Assembly: GCA_029879825.1 (NCBI GenBank) | Contig: JAOUPL010000002.1 | Location: forward strand, 1 to 35,832 | Direction of reading: 5' to 3' | Origin: Candidatus Bathyarchaeota archaeon | Lineage (GTDB): Archaea; Thermoproteota; Bathyarchaeia; Bathyarchaeales; Bathyarchaeaceae | DNA length: 35,832 nt | Shown here: positions 10,013 to 19,954 of the stretch, in pieces | Layout: each line of letters begins with the position of its first letter | How positions within the stretch are numbered: position 1 is the first letter of the stretch | Program-made: the position numbers and the translations under genes | The notes under the pieces: generated by a model | Seen by the model: only the letters and a program-made list of their open reading frames with translations | Database searches by the model: none | Told to the model about the DNA's origin: nothing

Positions 10013-11341
10013 TTAGGTTAATGGAAGTCCCTTTTTTCCAAAAAAGGGAAGTCTTTTCCTCCTCAATGTCTTCATCATCTTTCTCAACATGTTGTATCGT
10101 TCCAGCAATTCCTTCACTTCCTTTTCTTTGGTGCCTGATCCGCGGGCTACCCTCCGAATTCTGGATGCTGAGAGAATCTTGGGTTTCTCTCTTTCTTCCG
10201 GTGTCATGGACTGGATGATTACTCGCCATTTTTTAAGGGCATCCTCAGCCATCTCCATCATTTCTTCAGGTATATTATAGGTCATTCCCGGAATCATTTT
10301 TAGGACATGTCTTAGCGGTCCCATGCTTTTCATGGATTCAAACTGTTCGTACATGTCCGTGAGGGTAAATCTTCCACTTAGAAAGGCGCGCATTTTTCTT
10401 TCAGGCACCTTCACTTCTGCCTCGCGCACTTTCTCGATGAGACTTTGGAGGTCTCCCATGCCTAACAGTCGGCCAACAAATCTGGATGGAACGAAGGGTT
10501 CTATGTCACCGATTTTTTCGCCCGTGCTGATGAATCTTATAGGTGCTCCGATGGCAGCGACTGCTGAGAGGGCGCCTCCTCCCCTTGCAGAGCCGTCGAG
10601 TTTTGCCACTAAAATGGATCCTATGGGGGTGGCTTCGTGAAACGCTTTAGCTTGCAGAGCGGCTTGTTGGCCAATGGTCCCGTCGATGACCAAAATCACT
10701 TCGTTGGGTTGTATGGCTTTTTCTAGCTTCTTCATTTCTTCGATTAGACTCTTCTCTTCTTTATGTCGGCCCGCGGTGTCGATTATGACAACGTCATGGT
10801 CGCTAAATTGTTTCAATCCGTTCAAGGCGATTTTTGCAGATTTCTTTTCTTTTGGATCTCCGTATACGGGAACGTTTGCGCGCTTTGCCAGTTGTTGTAG
10901 TTGAGCGTAGGCTCCTGGTCTGTAGGTGTCTGTGCAAACTAGGGCTGGTTTTAACCCTCTTTTTTGGAAGTATTTTGCTAATTTTGCGGAGGCGGTAGTT
11001 TTGCCTGACCCTTGGATTCCCACGAGCATAAGGACTTTTCTTTTCCCGGGTTCTGTTTTTAATGGAGCTGGCTTTTCGCCTAGAAAACGCGTTAATTCTT
11101 CGTAAACCACTTTTGTTATGTGTTCTCTTCTGGAAATTCCCGGCGGAACCTTCTCTTTTAACGCTCTCTCCTCTATTCTCTTTGAGGTTTCGAGAACCAG
11201 CTTTACGTTGACATCTGCTTGGAGAAGTGCTCTTTGGATGTCGCGAACCAGTTCCTTGACGGTTTTCTCATCCATAACTGGGGCTTTCAAAACCTTCCTT
11301 AGTGCTTCGTATAGTGAAGAGCCGAGACGTTCCATAGCCAT
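10013..11341 (-). CDS. srp54: Signal recognition particle protein SRP54
   Basis: [22 protein letters not shown] and [10 protein letters not shown] motifs; M-domain with [11 protein letters not shown]. Confidence 0.97.
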   Translation of the reverse strand: MAMERLGSSLYEALRKVLKAPVMDEKTVKELVRDIQRALLQADVNVKLVLETSKRIEERALKEKVPPGISRREHITKVVYEELTRFLGEKPAPLKTEPGKRKVLMLVGIQGSGKTTASAKLAKYFQKRGLKPALVCTDTYRPGAYAQLQQLAKRANVPVYGDPKEKKSAKIALNGLKQFSDHDVVIIDTAGRHKEEKSLIEEMKKLEKAIQPNEVILVIDGTIGQQAALQAKAFHEATPIGSILVAKLDGSARGGGALSAVAAIGAPIRFISTGEKIGDIEPFVPSRFVGRLLGMGDLQSLIEKVREAEVKVPERKMRAFLSGRFTLTDMYEQFESMKSMGPLRHVLKMIPGMTYNIPEEMMEMAEDALKKWRVIIQSMTPEEREKPKILSASRIRRVARGSGTKEKEVKELLERYNMLRKMMKTLRRKRLPFFGKKGLPLT

Positions 11342-11445
11342 AATTTTTCTCCAACTTAAAACTAGATTTGCCCTTTAATAGATATTTAGTTTGTTACCGT
11401 AACTCTTTTTTCTCAGTCAACGAAATTTAGGTAGAGGAACGATCT

Positions 11446-12189
11446 TTGTCGGAATTAGTTAAAATTGTGGAGAAGAAGCCTATACCTTCTGGGGCTACGA
11501 TGCTTTATGGGCTTCCTGACGTAGGCCTCGTGGGCCTCATAGCAACTTCCTACTTAATATCTGAACTTGATTCAGAAGAGATAGCCTACATGGACTCAGA
11601 CCTTCTTCCTCCAGTCGTCGTCTTACACGAAGGTCTTCCCCATGCTCCTCTGCGAATCTATGGAAACAAAAACTTTATCGCAGTGATCTCTGAGTTGGCG
11701 ATCCCCACCCGAGCCCTTCACAGGGTCATGCGAAAACTTGTCGATTGGGGGCAAGCAAAAAAGGTTAAAATGATGGTGTCGATGGGAGGGATTCCCATAG
11801 AAAATAGGCAGGTCATTGCGGAACCTAAGGTTTATGGTGCCGCTTCCACCAAGGAGCTTCTTGACATGCTAAGCAAAAAGGGACTAAGCACACTGAATGA
11901 AGGCTACATGGTTGGTCCCCAAGCCCTTACCATGCGATACTGCGCCGAGAAGAAAATTCCAGCCATAGCTCTCTTAGCCCAATCATTCTATAACTATCCC
12001 GACCCGGAAGCAGCCGCTATGGTGCTAAAAGAACTCTCAAAAATCACCGAAACTAAGATAGATGTTTCCAAACTCCTTGAGAAGGGAGAGGAAATTCGAT
12101 TGAAGGCAAGAGACATAATGAAGCGAACTCAGCAAGAAATGACCCACATGAAAAAGTCGCAGGAGTACGACCTTCCGCTGTACGTTTAG
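11446..12189 (+). CDS. PAC2-family proteasome assembly chaperone/activator (PbaA/PbaB-like)
   Basis: GLPDVGLVG.IA and YPDPEAA motifs; C-terminal LYV fits an HbYX motif. Confidence 0.88.
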   Translation: MSELVKIVEKKPIPSGATMLYGLPDVGLVGLIATSYLISELDSEEIAYMDSDLLPPVVVLHEGLPHAPLRIYGNKNFIAVISELAIPTRALHRVMRKLVDWGQAKKVKMMVSMGGIPIENRQVIAEPKVYGAASTKELLDMLSKKGLSTLNEGYMVGPQALTMRYCAEKKIPAIALLAQSFYNYPDPEAAAMVLKELSKITETKIDVSKLLEKGEEIRLKARDIMKRTQQEMTHMKKSQEYDLPLYV

Positions 12190-12198
12190 GAGAGAGCC

Positions 12199-12651
12199 TT
12201 GATGTATAAGAAACGGAGAAAACGTTCAATTTTTGACCTAATGAGCGAATACATGGAAGAGTTCGAGACCCTAGCAGACGAACTAATAGAGTCCACCTTC
12301 GCTGAACGCCCCAGCTGGAACACAGAATCCTGCTGCCTTGAACCACTCTGCAATGTTTTTGTCACTCCTGACGAAGTTGTAATCACCGCTGATCTTCCCA
12401 ACGCCGAACACGAATCTGTAAAGGTTGAAGCGTTAAGCGAAGACCTTATCGAAATCACGGCGAAAATGAAAAGAAAGATGCGATTTGACGATTTCGGCAT
12501 AACCCATCGAGAGGGAGAGTTTTCCTTCCTTCGTTGCCAACCCCGCATGCCAGTACCCGTTGACACCAAACGAATGAAGATCTCCTTCAAACACGGCATT
12601 CTAGAGATACGTTTCCCGAGAAAACGAGGTCACGAGATTCAAGTTGAATAA
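12199..12651 (+). CDS. Small heat-shock protein (Hsp20/alpha-crystallin)
   Basis: EPL..V....DEVVITADLP and FKHGILEIRFP alpha-crystallin motifs. Confidence 0.9.
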   Translation: MMYKKRRKRSIFDLMSEYMEEFETLADELIESTFAERPSWNTESCCLEPLCNVFVTPDEVVITADLPNAEHESVKVEALSEDLIEITAKMKRKMRFDDFGITHREGEFSFLRCQPRMPVPVDTKRMKISFKHGILEIRFPRKRGHEIQVE

Positions 12652-12741
12652 CCACAGAAGCCTCAGCCCTCATAAAGGGTCTTCATAAATCCGACGGCTC
12701 TTCTTGCATCATCGGCTTCACTAAAACTGCCCTTCAACTTC

Positions 12742-13677
12742 CTAATGAATCTTTCCGAGACTTTCCAACGCTGAGGCAACTATCAAGGGAAAAGCTATAG
12801 TCACGTCGCAGATGACCGTCACCGCTTTTCCCTCAGGCTTTACCTTTCCCCAGCTGACCGCCTCTTCCAAGGTAGCTCCGCTCAGGCCTCCGGGCTCCGG
12901 CCTATCCATGGTGATTTGAATTGCAAGGTCTACGCCTTCTCGAAACGTGTTGGCAAATAAGGCGAAGTGTTTAGGCCAGCCTCCCCCGAGAATGATGACG
13001 CCTACCTTTTTGGCTTCATAAACCTTGTCCATCAGCTTGTTCACATCAAGGAGTGGGTCTATTCCCATCTTTTTGTCTTGCCCAAACACCCAGAGGTGGA
13101 AACCAGCTATGGAATCTATGAAGCCTGGACTTATGATGGGAACTCCTTTCTTTGCTGCTGTAGCGAGTATAGATTCTGGGTCCTGGATTTGTTTACCTAC
13201 CTCAAACAGAAGATCTACTGTGGATATGCGTTCCCTTTTCTCTTCAGGAATATTTTCTAGTATTTTGTACATCCATTTTTCTAAACTCCTGAACGCCTTT
13301 TGCTCGATGTAAATGTCGCCTATTCTCCCAATGTCTTTAGCCCTAAGCTCCTTGTCTTCAGCAAGGAAGGTGCCTACCAAGTGTTTGTAGCCAAGGGCTT
13401 CAACCATATCGTGCACCATGTTAGCCCCGGTGGTGACAACCACTTCCACGTACTCTTGATCGATTAAATCGCTGATGATTCGTCTCAGTCCTCCCGGAAC
13501 CATGGGTCCGGCTAGGGTTAGGAACACCGTGTAGTCTTTGTCACCAAACATTTCAGCCGCCAGTTCGGCTGCCTTACCAATTTTTCCAGCGCCAAGTACG
13601 CCACATTCTTTCATCTCAGAGACCAGATCGCCTACGGTTAATCCCCGCCTCAGCCGCATCTGTTTAACGCGCTTCAA
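12742..13677 (-). CDS. dhs: Deoxyhypusine synthase
   Basis: TTGANMVHD, GGGWPKH and GGLSGATLEEAVSWGK (active-site Lys) motifs; adjacent to aIF5A. Confidence 0.95.
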   Translation of the reverse strand: MKRVKQMRLRRGLTVGDLVSEMKECGVLGAGKIGKAAELAAEMFGDKDYTVFLTLAGPMVPGGLRRIISDLIDQEYVEVVVTTGANMVHDMVEALGYKHLVGTFLAEDKELRAKDIGRIGDIYIEQKAFRSLEKWMYKILENIPEEKRERISTVDLLFEVGKQIQDPESILATAAKKGVPIISPGFIDSIAGFHLWVFGQDKKMGIDPLLDVNKLMDKVYEAKKVGVIILGGGWPKHFALFANTFREGVDLAIQITMDRPEPGGLSGATLEEAVSWGKVKPEGKAVTVICDVTIAFPLIVASALESLGKIH

Positions 13678-13777
13678 TCCTTCACCCCGTAATTACAGAC
13701 CACTCTAGCGATTCAAGGATGTAGATTAACGTTTTAAAAGGTAATTGCAGAAACTGAAAATTTCAACCAGAAGGAAG

Positions 13778-14170
13778 CTAACCTTTCGTTCGCATTATTC
13801 TTGTTCTGCCCAAAATGCGCCAGTACTCAACCTCGATGCCGGAAGCGAGTTTAGATGTTATTTCTTCTTCAGGTAAGGGCGCCTCGAGTATTTCGTATGT
13901 TTCTAGGTCCATCACCTGAACAGCCGCTGGCAACAGCGCTATGACTTGGCCGCCTCTTTTCTCGATAATAGGCACTTCAACCTGTGCATCCACTGGCTTC
14001 ACAAGGGTTCTTTTCGCTTCGTCAAAAACGCCTACGGCAACAATTCGAGCCTTTGCAGAGCCGTGTTTTCCTGGCTTTGATTTGGTGTAGTCCATGACGC
14101 GGCATGGTTCACCGTCGATAATTATGTAACTTCCAACCTTCAGGGCTCTCAAATCCATGGGTTTGCTCAT
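13778..14170 (-). CDS. eif5a: Translation factor aIF5A
   Basis: Hypusine-site motif [10 protein letters not shown]. Confidence 0.97.
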   Translation of the reverse strand: MSKPMDLRALKVGSYIIIDGEPCRVMDYTKSKPGKHGSAKARIVAVGVFDEAKRTLVKPVDAQVEVPIIEKRGGQVIALLPAAVQVMDLETYEILEAPLPEEEITSKLASGIEVEYWRILGRTRIMRTKG

Positions 14171-14346
14171 TTTACCTCGCCTCTCTTGAACAGCAGACTT
14201 TCACGCAATTCATGGTTAATAAGTTATCGTCTAAATATCTCTAACAGTCCCAGAACACCTAGTCAAATGTAAAATAGCCAATTTATACATTTCTCTTATA
14301 TCGGGCTTAGGCAGTAAATGTTATCGTTGCTGCTGGAGGAATAGCA

Positions 14347-14538
14347 CTGTTTAACGCTGTTGGTGTAGTCGCACGGGTCGATCGTGAAGAAGCATTGAAG
14401 TTTGTAACAAAACTGATAGCTCTTTTAGGAGATAAGGGGCTCTCCTTGCTTCTTGAGCAGAAGTTGGCGGAGCACGTCAAAAAAATTGAGACGGCTTTTG
14501 TTCGATTGCGCGCGCGCGCACCAACGCCTGAAAGGTAG
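14347..14538 (+). pseudogene. Truncated NAD(+) kinase-like remnant (63 aa)
   Basis: GGAGGA SD at 14335-14340, CTG start, then FNAVGVVARVDREEALKFVTKLIALLGDKGLSLLLEQKLAEH, which resembles an NAD kinase N-terminus. It stops at TAG 14536-14538 without the GGDGT motif. Confidence 0.5.
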
Positions 14539-14565
14539 ACTTCTCTTCTCAGGAGGTGAAAGCTT

Positions 14566-15087
14566 CTGACAACGAGGGCCATCGTTCTGGACACATCCGC
14601 TTTAATCGCGGGCTTTAATCCCCTTTCAATCACTGAGACACAATATTCTGTTCCCGCAGTTAAGAAGGAGCTTGCTCCAAACTCCATGCCTTGGACGCGA
14701 TTCAGCGCCGCGGTGGAGAACAGGAGGTTGATGGTTAGGACACCGAGAAATTCCTCTCTCCAAGAGGTTAGGGAAGCTTCTAGAAGGGTTGGCGATGCGC
14801 GTTATCTTTCCGAGGCGGATTTGCAGGTCTTGGCTCTGGCTTTAGAGTTAAAAAGGGCGGGTTTGCACCCATTAATTGTTACAGACGATTATTCCATCCA
14901 AAATGTAGCCAACCAAATTGGCGTAAACTTCACCTCGCTTATGACTTATGGGATAAGGTTTCGCTTTAACTGGATTCTATATTGCCCTGCGTGCCATCGG
15001 AAATATCCTTCAGACTACAAGTTCAAGTCTTGCGAAGTCTGCGGCACCAAACTTAAGAGAAAGCCCCTGAGAAAAACTCCGCTATGA
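14566..15087 (+). CDS. nob1: Nob1-like PIN-domain rRNA maturation endonuclease
   Basis: Extending the track ORF in frame to CTG 14566 (SD AGGAGGTGA at 14551-14559) restores PIN motif IVLDTSA. Also LSEAD, TDDYSIQNVA and CPAC...CEVCG zinc ribbon. Confidence 0.9.
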   Translation: MTTRAIVLDTSALIAGFNPLSITETQYSVPAVKKELAPNSMPWTRFSAAVENRRLMVRTPRNSSLQEVREASRRVGDARYLSEADLQVLALALELKRAGLHPLIVTDDYSIQNVANQIGVNFTSLMTYGIRFRFNWILYCPACHRKYPSDYKFKSCEVCGTKLKRKPLRKTPL

Positions 15088-15101
15088 ACGGAGGTCTTGA
15101 A

Positions 15102-15671
15102 ATGATTGAACGGAAAATCGTCTATTTTGAGGCTCCTGGAAAACAGAATACAGAATCTGTGCTGGAATTGGTAAAGAATTACGCTCAAGCTAAGGGGATA
15201 AGGGACATCGTGGTTGCCTCCACCACCGGCGAAACTGGAGTAAAGGCTTCTAAAATTTTTAGGACCTTCAACGTGGTGGTGGTTTCCCATCATGTAGGCT
15301 TTCAAGAGCCCGGAGTGTGGGAATTGAAAGAAGAGAATCGTAGGAAGATTTTGGAGAATGGAGCCAAGATCTTGACGGCAACCCATGCCCTTAGCGGCGT
15401 GGAGAGGGCCGTCCGAAAGAAGTTTGGAACCATCATGCCCCTCGAACTCATAGCTCACACCCTTAGGTTATTCGGCGAGGGAACCAAAGTCTGCGTCGAG
15501 ATTACTATCATGGCCGCTGACGCCGGCCTCATCCCAGTGGACAGGGAGGCCATAGCCGTAGGAGGAACTGGCAGAGGAGCAGACACCGCCTTGGTTATAA
15601 AGCCAGCAACAGCGTCCCGCTTTTTCGACCTTGAAATCAGAGAAATAATAGCCAAACCAAGAAGCATCTAG
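15102..15671 (+). CDS. COG1751/DUF1867-type pyruvate-kinase C-terminal-like protein
   Basis: YFEAPGKQNT, VVASTTGETG, G.GTKVCVEI..MAADAG and GGTGRGADTA motifs. ATG 15102 follows a GGAGGT SD. Confidence 0.82.
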   Translation: MIERKIVYFEAPGKQNTESVLELVKNYAQAKGIRDIVVASTTGETGVKASKIFRTFNVVVVSHHVGFQEPGVWELKEENRRKILENGAKILTATHALSGVERAVRKKFGTIMPLELIAHTLRLFGEGTKVCVEITIMAADAGLIPVDREAIAVGGTGRGADTALVIKPATASRFFDLEIREIIAKPRSI

Positions 15672-15691
15672 AGATTAGCCTTGTATTAAAA

Positions 15692-15802
15692 TGGCGCCGG
15701 GGAAGGGATTTGAACCCTTGAGGCGCAAAGCGCCACCGGCTGTCTTCTGACCCCATATTTGTACATCTCGAGGCCGGCACATTACCGCTCTGTCACCCCG
15801 GC
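15692..15802 (-). tRNA. tRNA-Ser(CGA) with 25-nt intron (15742-15766) and encoded CCA
   Basis: Reverse complement folds as a tRNA: acceptor GCCGGGG/CCCCGGC, discriminator G plus CCA, anticodon stem CCGGC/GCCGG with loop CT-CGA-G|A, long variable arm GGCGC-TTT-GCGCC, T-arm AAGGG-TTCAAAT-CCCTT. Confidence 0.93.
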
Positions 15803-16072
15803 GCCTAATTTTGTTAGAGCCTATTGCCATTAATAAAAGTGCTCTCACCAGAGTGGCGCATCAGCCTTCATTTGGGTCCCAAAAGATTACTATCTTTCAT
15901 GAAACATACCTGCTCCGCTATTTCCTCCAGAAACTTCCCTTCGCTATCCTCGGTCAAGGAATAGAGAGGTTGCAGTGATCACAAAAAGTAATGTAACACG
16001 ATCGGTTGCTGCTTTGTCTAAAAACGCAACCTAAATAAGCGACAAAAATCATGCAACCAGAATGGTGAAAAC

Positions 16073-16636
16073 ATGACGAATAAGGCAGTTATAATCGTTG
16101 ACATGTTGAACGACTTCGTCACCGGCGATTTAAAAACCGAACGCGCCGCAAGAATAGTTCCAAACCTCAAGAAACTAATTGAAGCAGCTAGAAAGCATGG
16201 CGTGCCAGTGATATATTCCAACGATGCCCACTATAAACATGATTTTGAAGTTGTTCACAAGTGGGGTGGCCACGCTATAAAGGGAACGCCAGGCGCTCAG
16301 GTTATTCCAGAACTCGCGCCAAGAGAAGAAGATTTTATCGTTGAGAAGAGAGCCTACAGCGGCTTTTACGAAACTGGCCTTGAACCACTTCTCCGAAGTC
16401 TTTACAGAGGCAAGGGCGTGGAAACGGTTATTTTGGGCGGATTGCACACCCACATATGTGTCAGACACACGTCTGCTGACGCCTTTTTCAGAGGCTACAA
16501 AATAATAATAACCAGCGACGGCGTGGAAGCCTTCACCCAAAAAGACCATGAAGAAGGATTGAAATACCTTAAAGACGTCTACAATGCAGAAATAAAGACC
16601 GTGAACGAAATAATAGAAGATTTCGAGAAGAGTTAA
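16073..16636 (+). CDS. Isochorismatase-family cysteine hydrolase (nicotinamidase-like)
   Basis: Catalytic D-K-C triad: IIVDMLNDF, EKRAYSGF, HICV. Also the NDAH metal-site region. Confidence 0.88.
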   Translation: MTNKAVIIVDMLNDFVTGDLKTERAARIVPNLKKLIEAARKHGVPVIYSNDAHYKHDFEVVHKWGGHAIKGTPGAQVIPELAPREEDFIVEKRAYSGFYETGLEPLLRSLYRGKGVETVILGGLHTHICVRHTSADAFFRGYKIIITSDGVEAFTQKDHEEGLKYLKDVYNAEIKTVNEIIEDFEKS

Positions 16637-16770
16637 TTTTCACTGCTTGAATCATGAGAGCTTGCCTTATAGAGAGTTTTAAGCACAGCTACTGGAAAGT
16701 TTCTTGCAAGGCATTTAGCAGCCTAACCGTTTCTCATTTGCCCTTAAGAACGATTAATTGAAGCCGATTC

Positions 16771-17751
16771 TTACAGAAGCTCTGGCATGACAAGGTCGGC
16801 TATGTCTAGACTATTGTCGTAAATTCGGTTTATTGAGGAAGCAACGGCAAGAATGTGAGGACCAACCTCCGCAGGCTGGTCACGAACGGCTGTTTCAATC
16901 TCATGAAACATAGCTGCGACCTTCTCTCCTTCATCTCTCACAGATTCCGCCATAGAAACATCACGAGAAAACACGGCGTTTATGGCATTTTCGTGAGATC
17001 CATAAGCAACTGTGTGAAATTTTAGGATACGTTGCGAAAGGTTTTCTGCTATTTTTGTGCCCCCTAATTTTATTGCCTTTTCACCGATGCAAGCAGATTG
17101 ATCGCCTATGGACTCAACCAAACTCGCTGTTAAGCGGTAGTCCAAACAATCAATGGGAAGAATCCCAAGTTTTTCACTCAAGCCCGGATTTTGAATCACT
17201 GTCCGAAGAATACGTACCAAAAGAAAATACAAGCGGTTGACCTCGTTGTCCCTCGCAACCACATTTTTAGCTAGCTGTACGTCGCTCTCGATCAGGGCAG
17301 TCGCAGCATCACGATGCATCCCTGAGGCAATAGAGTACTCACGTCGAAGAATCTTTTGAGGCGGAAAAGTAGAGGGCTCTAAGAGACATTGCATAACGAT
17401 TTTGGAATAATTTTCCTCGATAATCTCTAGACCAACCAAGTGACTTGATGCCTGTTTGACACGTTCACGATTGACGGGGCTTATTCTTTCCTTCGCTTCA
17501 ACTTGGATGATGTCGTAGCCCAGCAGATACTTCTCAACGATTTCACGATCCAGAAGGGGAGTGGGTTTAATCACCGCCACCCGCAGAGCCCGTTCTACAC
17601 CATATTTTGGGTTAATGGCAAGCTGTCCATCAGCCGTCTCAGTGACAGAAACAATGGATCCACGGTCAAGTCCGTTTCGCACAGCCCAGTCTTTAGGGAC
17701 ACAAACGAAAAAGGTTCCGCCACTCGTTCTTTGAATCTTGCGGAGATCCAT
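16771..17751 (-). CDS. phoU: AbrB-PhoU phosphate uptake regulator
   Basis: N-terminal AbrB-like RKIQRTSGGTFFVCVPKDW, then PhoU repeats (RDNEVNRLYFL, ESIGD, RIYD...DIAD). Start may be 17766. Confidence 0.85.
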   Translation of the reverse strand: MDLRKIQRTSGGTFFVCVPKDWAVRNGLDRGSIVSVTETADGQLAINPKYGVERALRVAVIKPTPLLDREIVEKYLLGYDIIQVEAKERISPVNRERVKQASSHLVGLEIIEENYSKIVMQCLLEPSTFPPQKILRREYSIASGMHRDAATALIESDVQLAKNVVARDNEVNRLYFLLVRILRTVIQNPGLSEKLGILPIDCLDYRLTASLVESIGDQSACIGEKAIKLGGTKIAENLSQRILKFHTVAYGSHENAINAVFSRDVSMAESVRDEGEKVAAMFHEIETAVRDQPAEVGPHILAVASSINRIYDNSLDIADLVMPELL

Positions 17752-17828
17752 ACTCTGAACTCTCAACAGACATATTAACTCATCTAAATAAAAATGTATT
17801 ATTAAAAGTTGGGCAGAGAATATCAGAA

Positions 17829-18416
17829 ATGCAGGAAAAGGTTATAATAGGTATAGACTTGGCCGGAGTGGAAAAAAATCCAACCGGATGGGCTTTGTGG
17901 AAAAACAAATTTATCTCCACCTGTCATCTTTACGAGGATCAGGAAATCTTGGAGCATCTAACAAAGTTTGAACCAACCTTAATCACGATAGACGCCCCTC
18001 TAAGCCTACCTAAAAAGGGAACCATGAGAAAAGCGGACAGAGAAATGTATAGACAAGGATATCCGGTTTTTCCCCCACGTTTTCCAACCATGGAAAAGTT
18101 GACCTTACGCGCCATCAAAATAACTCAACAATTTAAAAGAGAGAAAGTACACATAATCGAGGTCCACCCAACATCCACCCGTAAGGCGCTAAAGATTCCT
18201 ACGAAAAATTGGAAAAGAATTCAAGGCATCTTCATACATATGGGTCTGAAAGGGGACCTAGAAACGCGTGCTTTAACGTCCCATGAGATTGACGCTGTAA
18301 CGGCGGCGTTAACAGGATATCTTTACCTGCAGGAAAAAACAGACTTAATAGGAGATGGAGAAGAAGGCTATATTGTTGTTCCAACGAAGGGAGACTGGAG
18401 GAGGCTGAAGTTGTGA
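17829..18416 (+). CDS. DUF429-family predicted nuclease (RNase H-like fold)
   Basis: IGIDLAG, IDAPLSLP, R.ADR, IEVHP and HEIDAV.AA motifs. Confidence 0.85.
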   Translation: MQEKVIIGIDLAGVEKNPTGWALWKNKFISTCHLYEDQEILEHLTKFEPTLITIDAPLSLPKKGTMRKADREMYRQGYPVFPPRFPTMEKLTLRAIKITQQFKREKVHIIEVHPTSTRKALKIPTKNWKRIQGIFIHMGLKGDLETRALTSHEIDAVTAALTGYLYLQEKTDLIGDGEEGYIVVPTKGDWRRLKL

Positions 18417-19954
18417 GTGAAGACGAGAGGCTTCAAAGAGCCGTTTCCTTCACGATAGCATCCGGCTATCAATTGAATAAAGAAGCCTTCGAGTTTTTGA
18501 ACACAATTTCTAAAACAGAAGACCCCCTCAGTTTGATGGAAGAAACCATCAGAAAAATCGAGGGTCTGCCTGAAAAACCGCTGTTCATAAATCGAAGTTT
18601 TCTGGAGGAGATGATGAAAGAAACGCTCCCTGAAGAGGAGAAGCCGTCTCCGCCTTTTTCTCCCTCACCTATCTTTGATGCGAGGAAAGTTTTTCGGGCC
18701 TATGCAAAAGACGTTGATGCTGACATAAAAGTGATTGACGACCCAACGGATAAAATCTGTACAACAGGATCTGTTGAGGAATATTTAGAATACTTTCAAG
18801 ATCGCTTCAAAAGAATGAAGAAAATTCTCAGAAGTAGGATAGACGCCAAGAACGCCATATCCATCTCAGAGGCTCTTAAGTTGTCAGTTAACTCAAAAGT
18901 TAAAATCATCGGCATGGTCACGGAAAAAAGAGAATCTAAAGGAAGAATCTTCTTGAGATTCGAGGATCTAGAAGCCAGCGTCACCGTGCTTGTACCCCAA
19001 AACGTAAGCAAAGAGGGCATGGCAAAAGCCCGGTCTTTGCTACTAGACCAAGTTGTTTGCGTAAGCGCCATAAAAGGAAGGAATGACCTGCTTATCGCAG
19101 AAGACTTCATCTGGCCAGATGTGCCTCAGAAAACCCCCCGCAAGGCTCCAATACCAGTCTACGCAGCTCTCATATCGGACTTGCACGTAGGAAGCAAAAT
19201 GTTTATGGAAAAGGAATTCAACCGATTTATGCTCTGGCTAAACGGAAAATTTGGAAACGAAAACACGCGGAACATAGCTGGCCACGTCAAATACGTAGTT
19301 ATCGCCGGCGATCTCGTGGACGGGATAGGTGTCTATCCAGGACAGATGAAGGAACTGGCGATAAAAGACATTTATGAACAATATCGAGAAGTGGCAAAAC
19401 TCATCGAACAAATTCCAGATTACATCGAACTAATAATCATACCGGGCAATCACGACGCGGCTCGAAAGGCGTTACCACAACCAGCCATACCGCGAAAATA
19501 CGCAGAACCGTTATACGAAGCGCGAAGGATGTACTCGCTAGGAAATCCTTGCACAGTTAGCCTCCACGAAGTGGAACTACTTCTATACCATGGGCGCAGC
19601 TTGGACGACGTCGCTGCTGTTGCTCCAAACGTAAGTTTCCAGACCCCAGACAAAGCCATGAAGCTCCTGTTGCAGAGCAGACACCTTGCGCCTATTTATG
19701 GAGAAAGAACTCCTATCGCCCCGGAAAACCGAGACTTCACAGTCATAGAAAGAGTACCAGATATCTTTCACGCCGGCCACGTACATGTACTAAAATGCGA
19801 CACATACAGAGGAACTCTCATAGTGAACTCAGGTGCTTGGCAGGGACAAACAGAATACCAAAAGAAGATGGGACTCGTTCCCACGCCTGGAATCGCGCCA
19901 ATCGTAAATCTCCAAACAATGCAAGTTGCAACCATCAATTTTACAGCATCCTAG
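18413..19954 (+). CDS. polB: DNA polymerase D small (proofreading) subunit DP1
   Basis: OB fold plus calcineurin-like motifs SDLHVGS, AGDLVDGIGVYP, PGNHD, YHGRS, RHLAP and GHVH. Confidence 0.96.
   Translation: MSEDERLQRAVSFTIASGYQLNKEAFEFLNTISKTEDPLSLMEETIRKIEGLPEKPLFINRSFLEEMMKETLPEEEKPSPPFSPSPIFDARKVFRAYAKDVDADIKVIDDPTDKICTTGSVEEYLEYFQDRFKRMKKILRSRIDAKNAISISEALKLSVNSKVKIIGMVTEKRESKGRIFLRFEDLEASVTVLVPQNVSKEGMAKARSLLLDQVVCVSAIKGRNDLLIAEDFIWPDVPQKTPRKAPIPVYAALISDLHVGSKMFMEKEFNRFMLWLNGKFGNENTRNIAGHVKYVVIAGDLVDGIGVYPGQMKELAIKDIYEQYREVAKLIEQIPDYIELIIIPGNHDAARKALPQPAIPRKYAEPLYEARRMYSLGNPCTVSLHEVELLLYHGRSLDDVAAVAPNVSFQTPDKAMKLLLQSRHLAPIYGERTPIAPENRDFTVIERVPDIFHAGHVHVLKCDTYRGTLIVNSGAWQGQTEYQKKMGLVPTPGIAPIVNLQTMQVATINFTAS

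Noticed and set aside
12664-12737. Possible HEPN-like C-terminal remnant on the minus strand (FSEADDARRAVGFMKTLYEG)
   Set aside because: About 24 codons only; resemblance too weak to call without a search.
2916-13312. Many 60-150 aa antisense or alternate-frame ORFs in the track overlapping ppsA, pus10, srp54, dhs and others
   Set aside because: They overlap well-supported conserved genes and show no independent coding signal.
14307-14687. 126-aa minus-strand ORF
   Set aside because: Antisense shadow of the stub and the nob1 5' end, with no recognisable motifs.
14347-15087. TAG read-through (pyrrolysine) fusing the NAD-kinase-like stub to nob1, which share a frame
   Set aside because: A second in-frame stop (TGA 14557-14559) intervenes and nob1 has its own SD.
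15975-15983. Isolated GTGATCACA upstream of the isochorismatase gene
   Set aside because: A single copy is compatible with chance and is not clustered like the arrays.
15692-16700. Integrated element at tRNA-Ser
   Set aside because: No integrase and no duplicated tRNA 3' end were seen in the window.
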